A program made the translations under genes and the position numbers. Below are positions 63,389 through 64,000 of a stretch of DNA of 64,000 nucleotides, piece after piece (positions within the stretch are counted from its first letter, which is position 1; the number at the start of each line of letters is the position of its first letter). Source of the DNA: Verrucomicrobiota bacterium (lineage in GTDB: Bacteria; Verrucomicrobiota; Verrucomicrobiia; Chthoniobacterales; JAFAMB01); contig JBEEIB010000146.1 in the NCBI GenBank assembly GCA_041167675.1, positions 2,935 through 66,934 on the forward strand, given 5' to 3'. The notes under the pieces were generated by a model. The model did no database searches. It was given only the letters and a program-made list of their open reading frames with translations, and was not told where the DNA came from.

Positions 63389-64000
63389 ATGAAATCCGCG
63401 TTCTTTCTTGCTCCCGCCGGTCGAGGCCAGGGCTTAACTACTGTTGCGCTTGGCTTGGTCGTGGCCCTTGATCGCCGTGGCGTTCGGGTCTCGTTCTACA
63501 AGCCAATCAGTGAGGACACTGGCAACGAATCCCGGCCGGAGCGCTCCACCCATTTTTTGCGGTCCACGACGACGCTTACGCCCCCGGACCCGCTTCCGTT
63601 AGCAGAGGCAACCAAACTCATCTCGAGTGGTCGCCTTGATGAACTTCTCGGAAAGGTTATTGCGACCTATGAGAAATCGACCCAGGACGCAGATATCGTC
63701 GTGGTCGAAGGCCTTCTGCCGTCAATGGATGATTCCTATCGGGGGAGTTTGAATCAGGAACTGGTCAAGACACTGAACGGGCAAGTCATTTTGGTGGTTG
63801 GAATGGCGGAGAAGTCGATTACCGATCTGGATGACCAGATCGAGTACGCGGCAAAGATTTACGGCGGCCTGGATAAGATCGTCGGTTTGATTGTCAATCG
63901 CTACCCAAGCGAGGCTCGCGATGGGATATCAAATTACCTACGCGATAGCCGTCTTTTTCGGCGGGGAAATTTGCAATTGATCGGGGTGATCCCTTCCAAT
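63389..64000 (+). CDS. pta: Phosphate acetyltransferase, long form (N-terminal AAA_26/DRTGG-type region), 3' partial at the window edge
   Basis: MKSAFFLAPAGRGQGLTTVALGLVVALDRRGVRVSFYKPI... follows directly after ackA. The ORF is open to the end of the window. Confidence 0.85.
   Translation, partial: MKSAFFLAPAGRGQGLTTVALGLVVALDRRGVRVSFYKPISEDTGNESRPERSTHFLRSTTTLTPPDPLPLAEATKLISSGRLDELLGKVIATYEKSTQDADIVVVEGLLPSMDDSYRGSLNQELVKTLNGQVILVVGMAEKSITDLDDQIEYAAKIYGGLDKIVGLIVNRYPSEARDGISNYLRDSRLFRRGNLQLIGVIPSN

Noticed and set aside
1-64000. All frameshifts explained as sequencing error
   Set aside because: This is not fully tenable. An in-frame nonsense codon, missing gene halves and a lost start codon cannot be homopolymer miscalls, and about 13 kb of the longest ORFs carry no lesion. 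Individual single-base shifts at short runs may still be errors.
1-64000. Prophage, integrative element or IS copies
   Set aside because: No integrase, transposase, recombinase, capsid, terminase or conjugation genes can be read in any frame. The repeats are all short and non-coding.

Overview
This is a 64-kb chromosomal window with no rRNA, CRISPR array, transposase, integrase or phage genes. The repeat families and gene content suggest a soil PVC/Verrucomicrobiota-like bacterium, but that is a low-confidence inference. I can support about 45 intact CDS and one tRNA-Ser(GCT). There are 11 pseudogenes or gene remnants and many short palindromic or tandem repeats. Intact genes include two paralogous secreted beta-propeller/phosphoesterase proteins and a sugar-uptake/GH4/polyol dehydrogenase operon with an AraC regulator. 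Also intact are a GH3-PA14 beta-glucosidase, a P450, moeA, nadA, bcp, an rsmA-Nudix fusion, phosphoketolase and ackA-pta. The best candidate for a novel system is a translationally coupled pair at 24109-25268. It consists of a 115-aa peptide whose N-terminus looks like a borosin-binding domain and an OphMA/SonM-like alpha-N-methyltransferase, which together resemble a split borosin RiPP. Its neighbours are a DUF6058-like gene and a TIR-TM-TPR membrane protein. This four-gene block is intact and sits between two decayed loci. The second theme is gene decay. Frameshifts, an in-frame stop and deletion scars cluster in a STAND-TPR gene, a sensor kinase, a sugar-binding protein, a GH42 beta-galactosidase, a GNAT, CorA, LacI, permease and LigD remnants. 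The five longest ORFs (2.3-2.95 kb each) are uninterrupted. The third theme is at least six families of non-autonomous repeats, some with perfect 31-bp terminal inverted repeats and compensatory base changes. All functional calls come from reading the translations and recalling family motifs. No searches were run.
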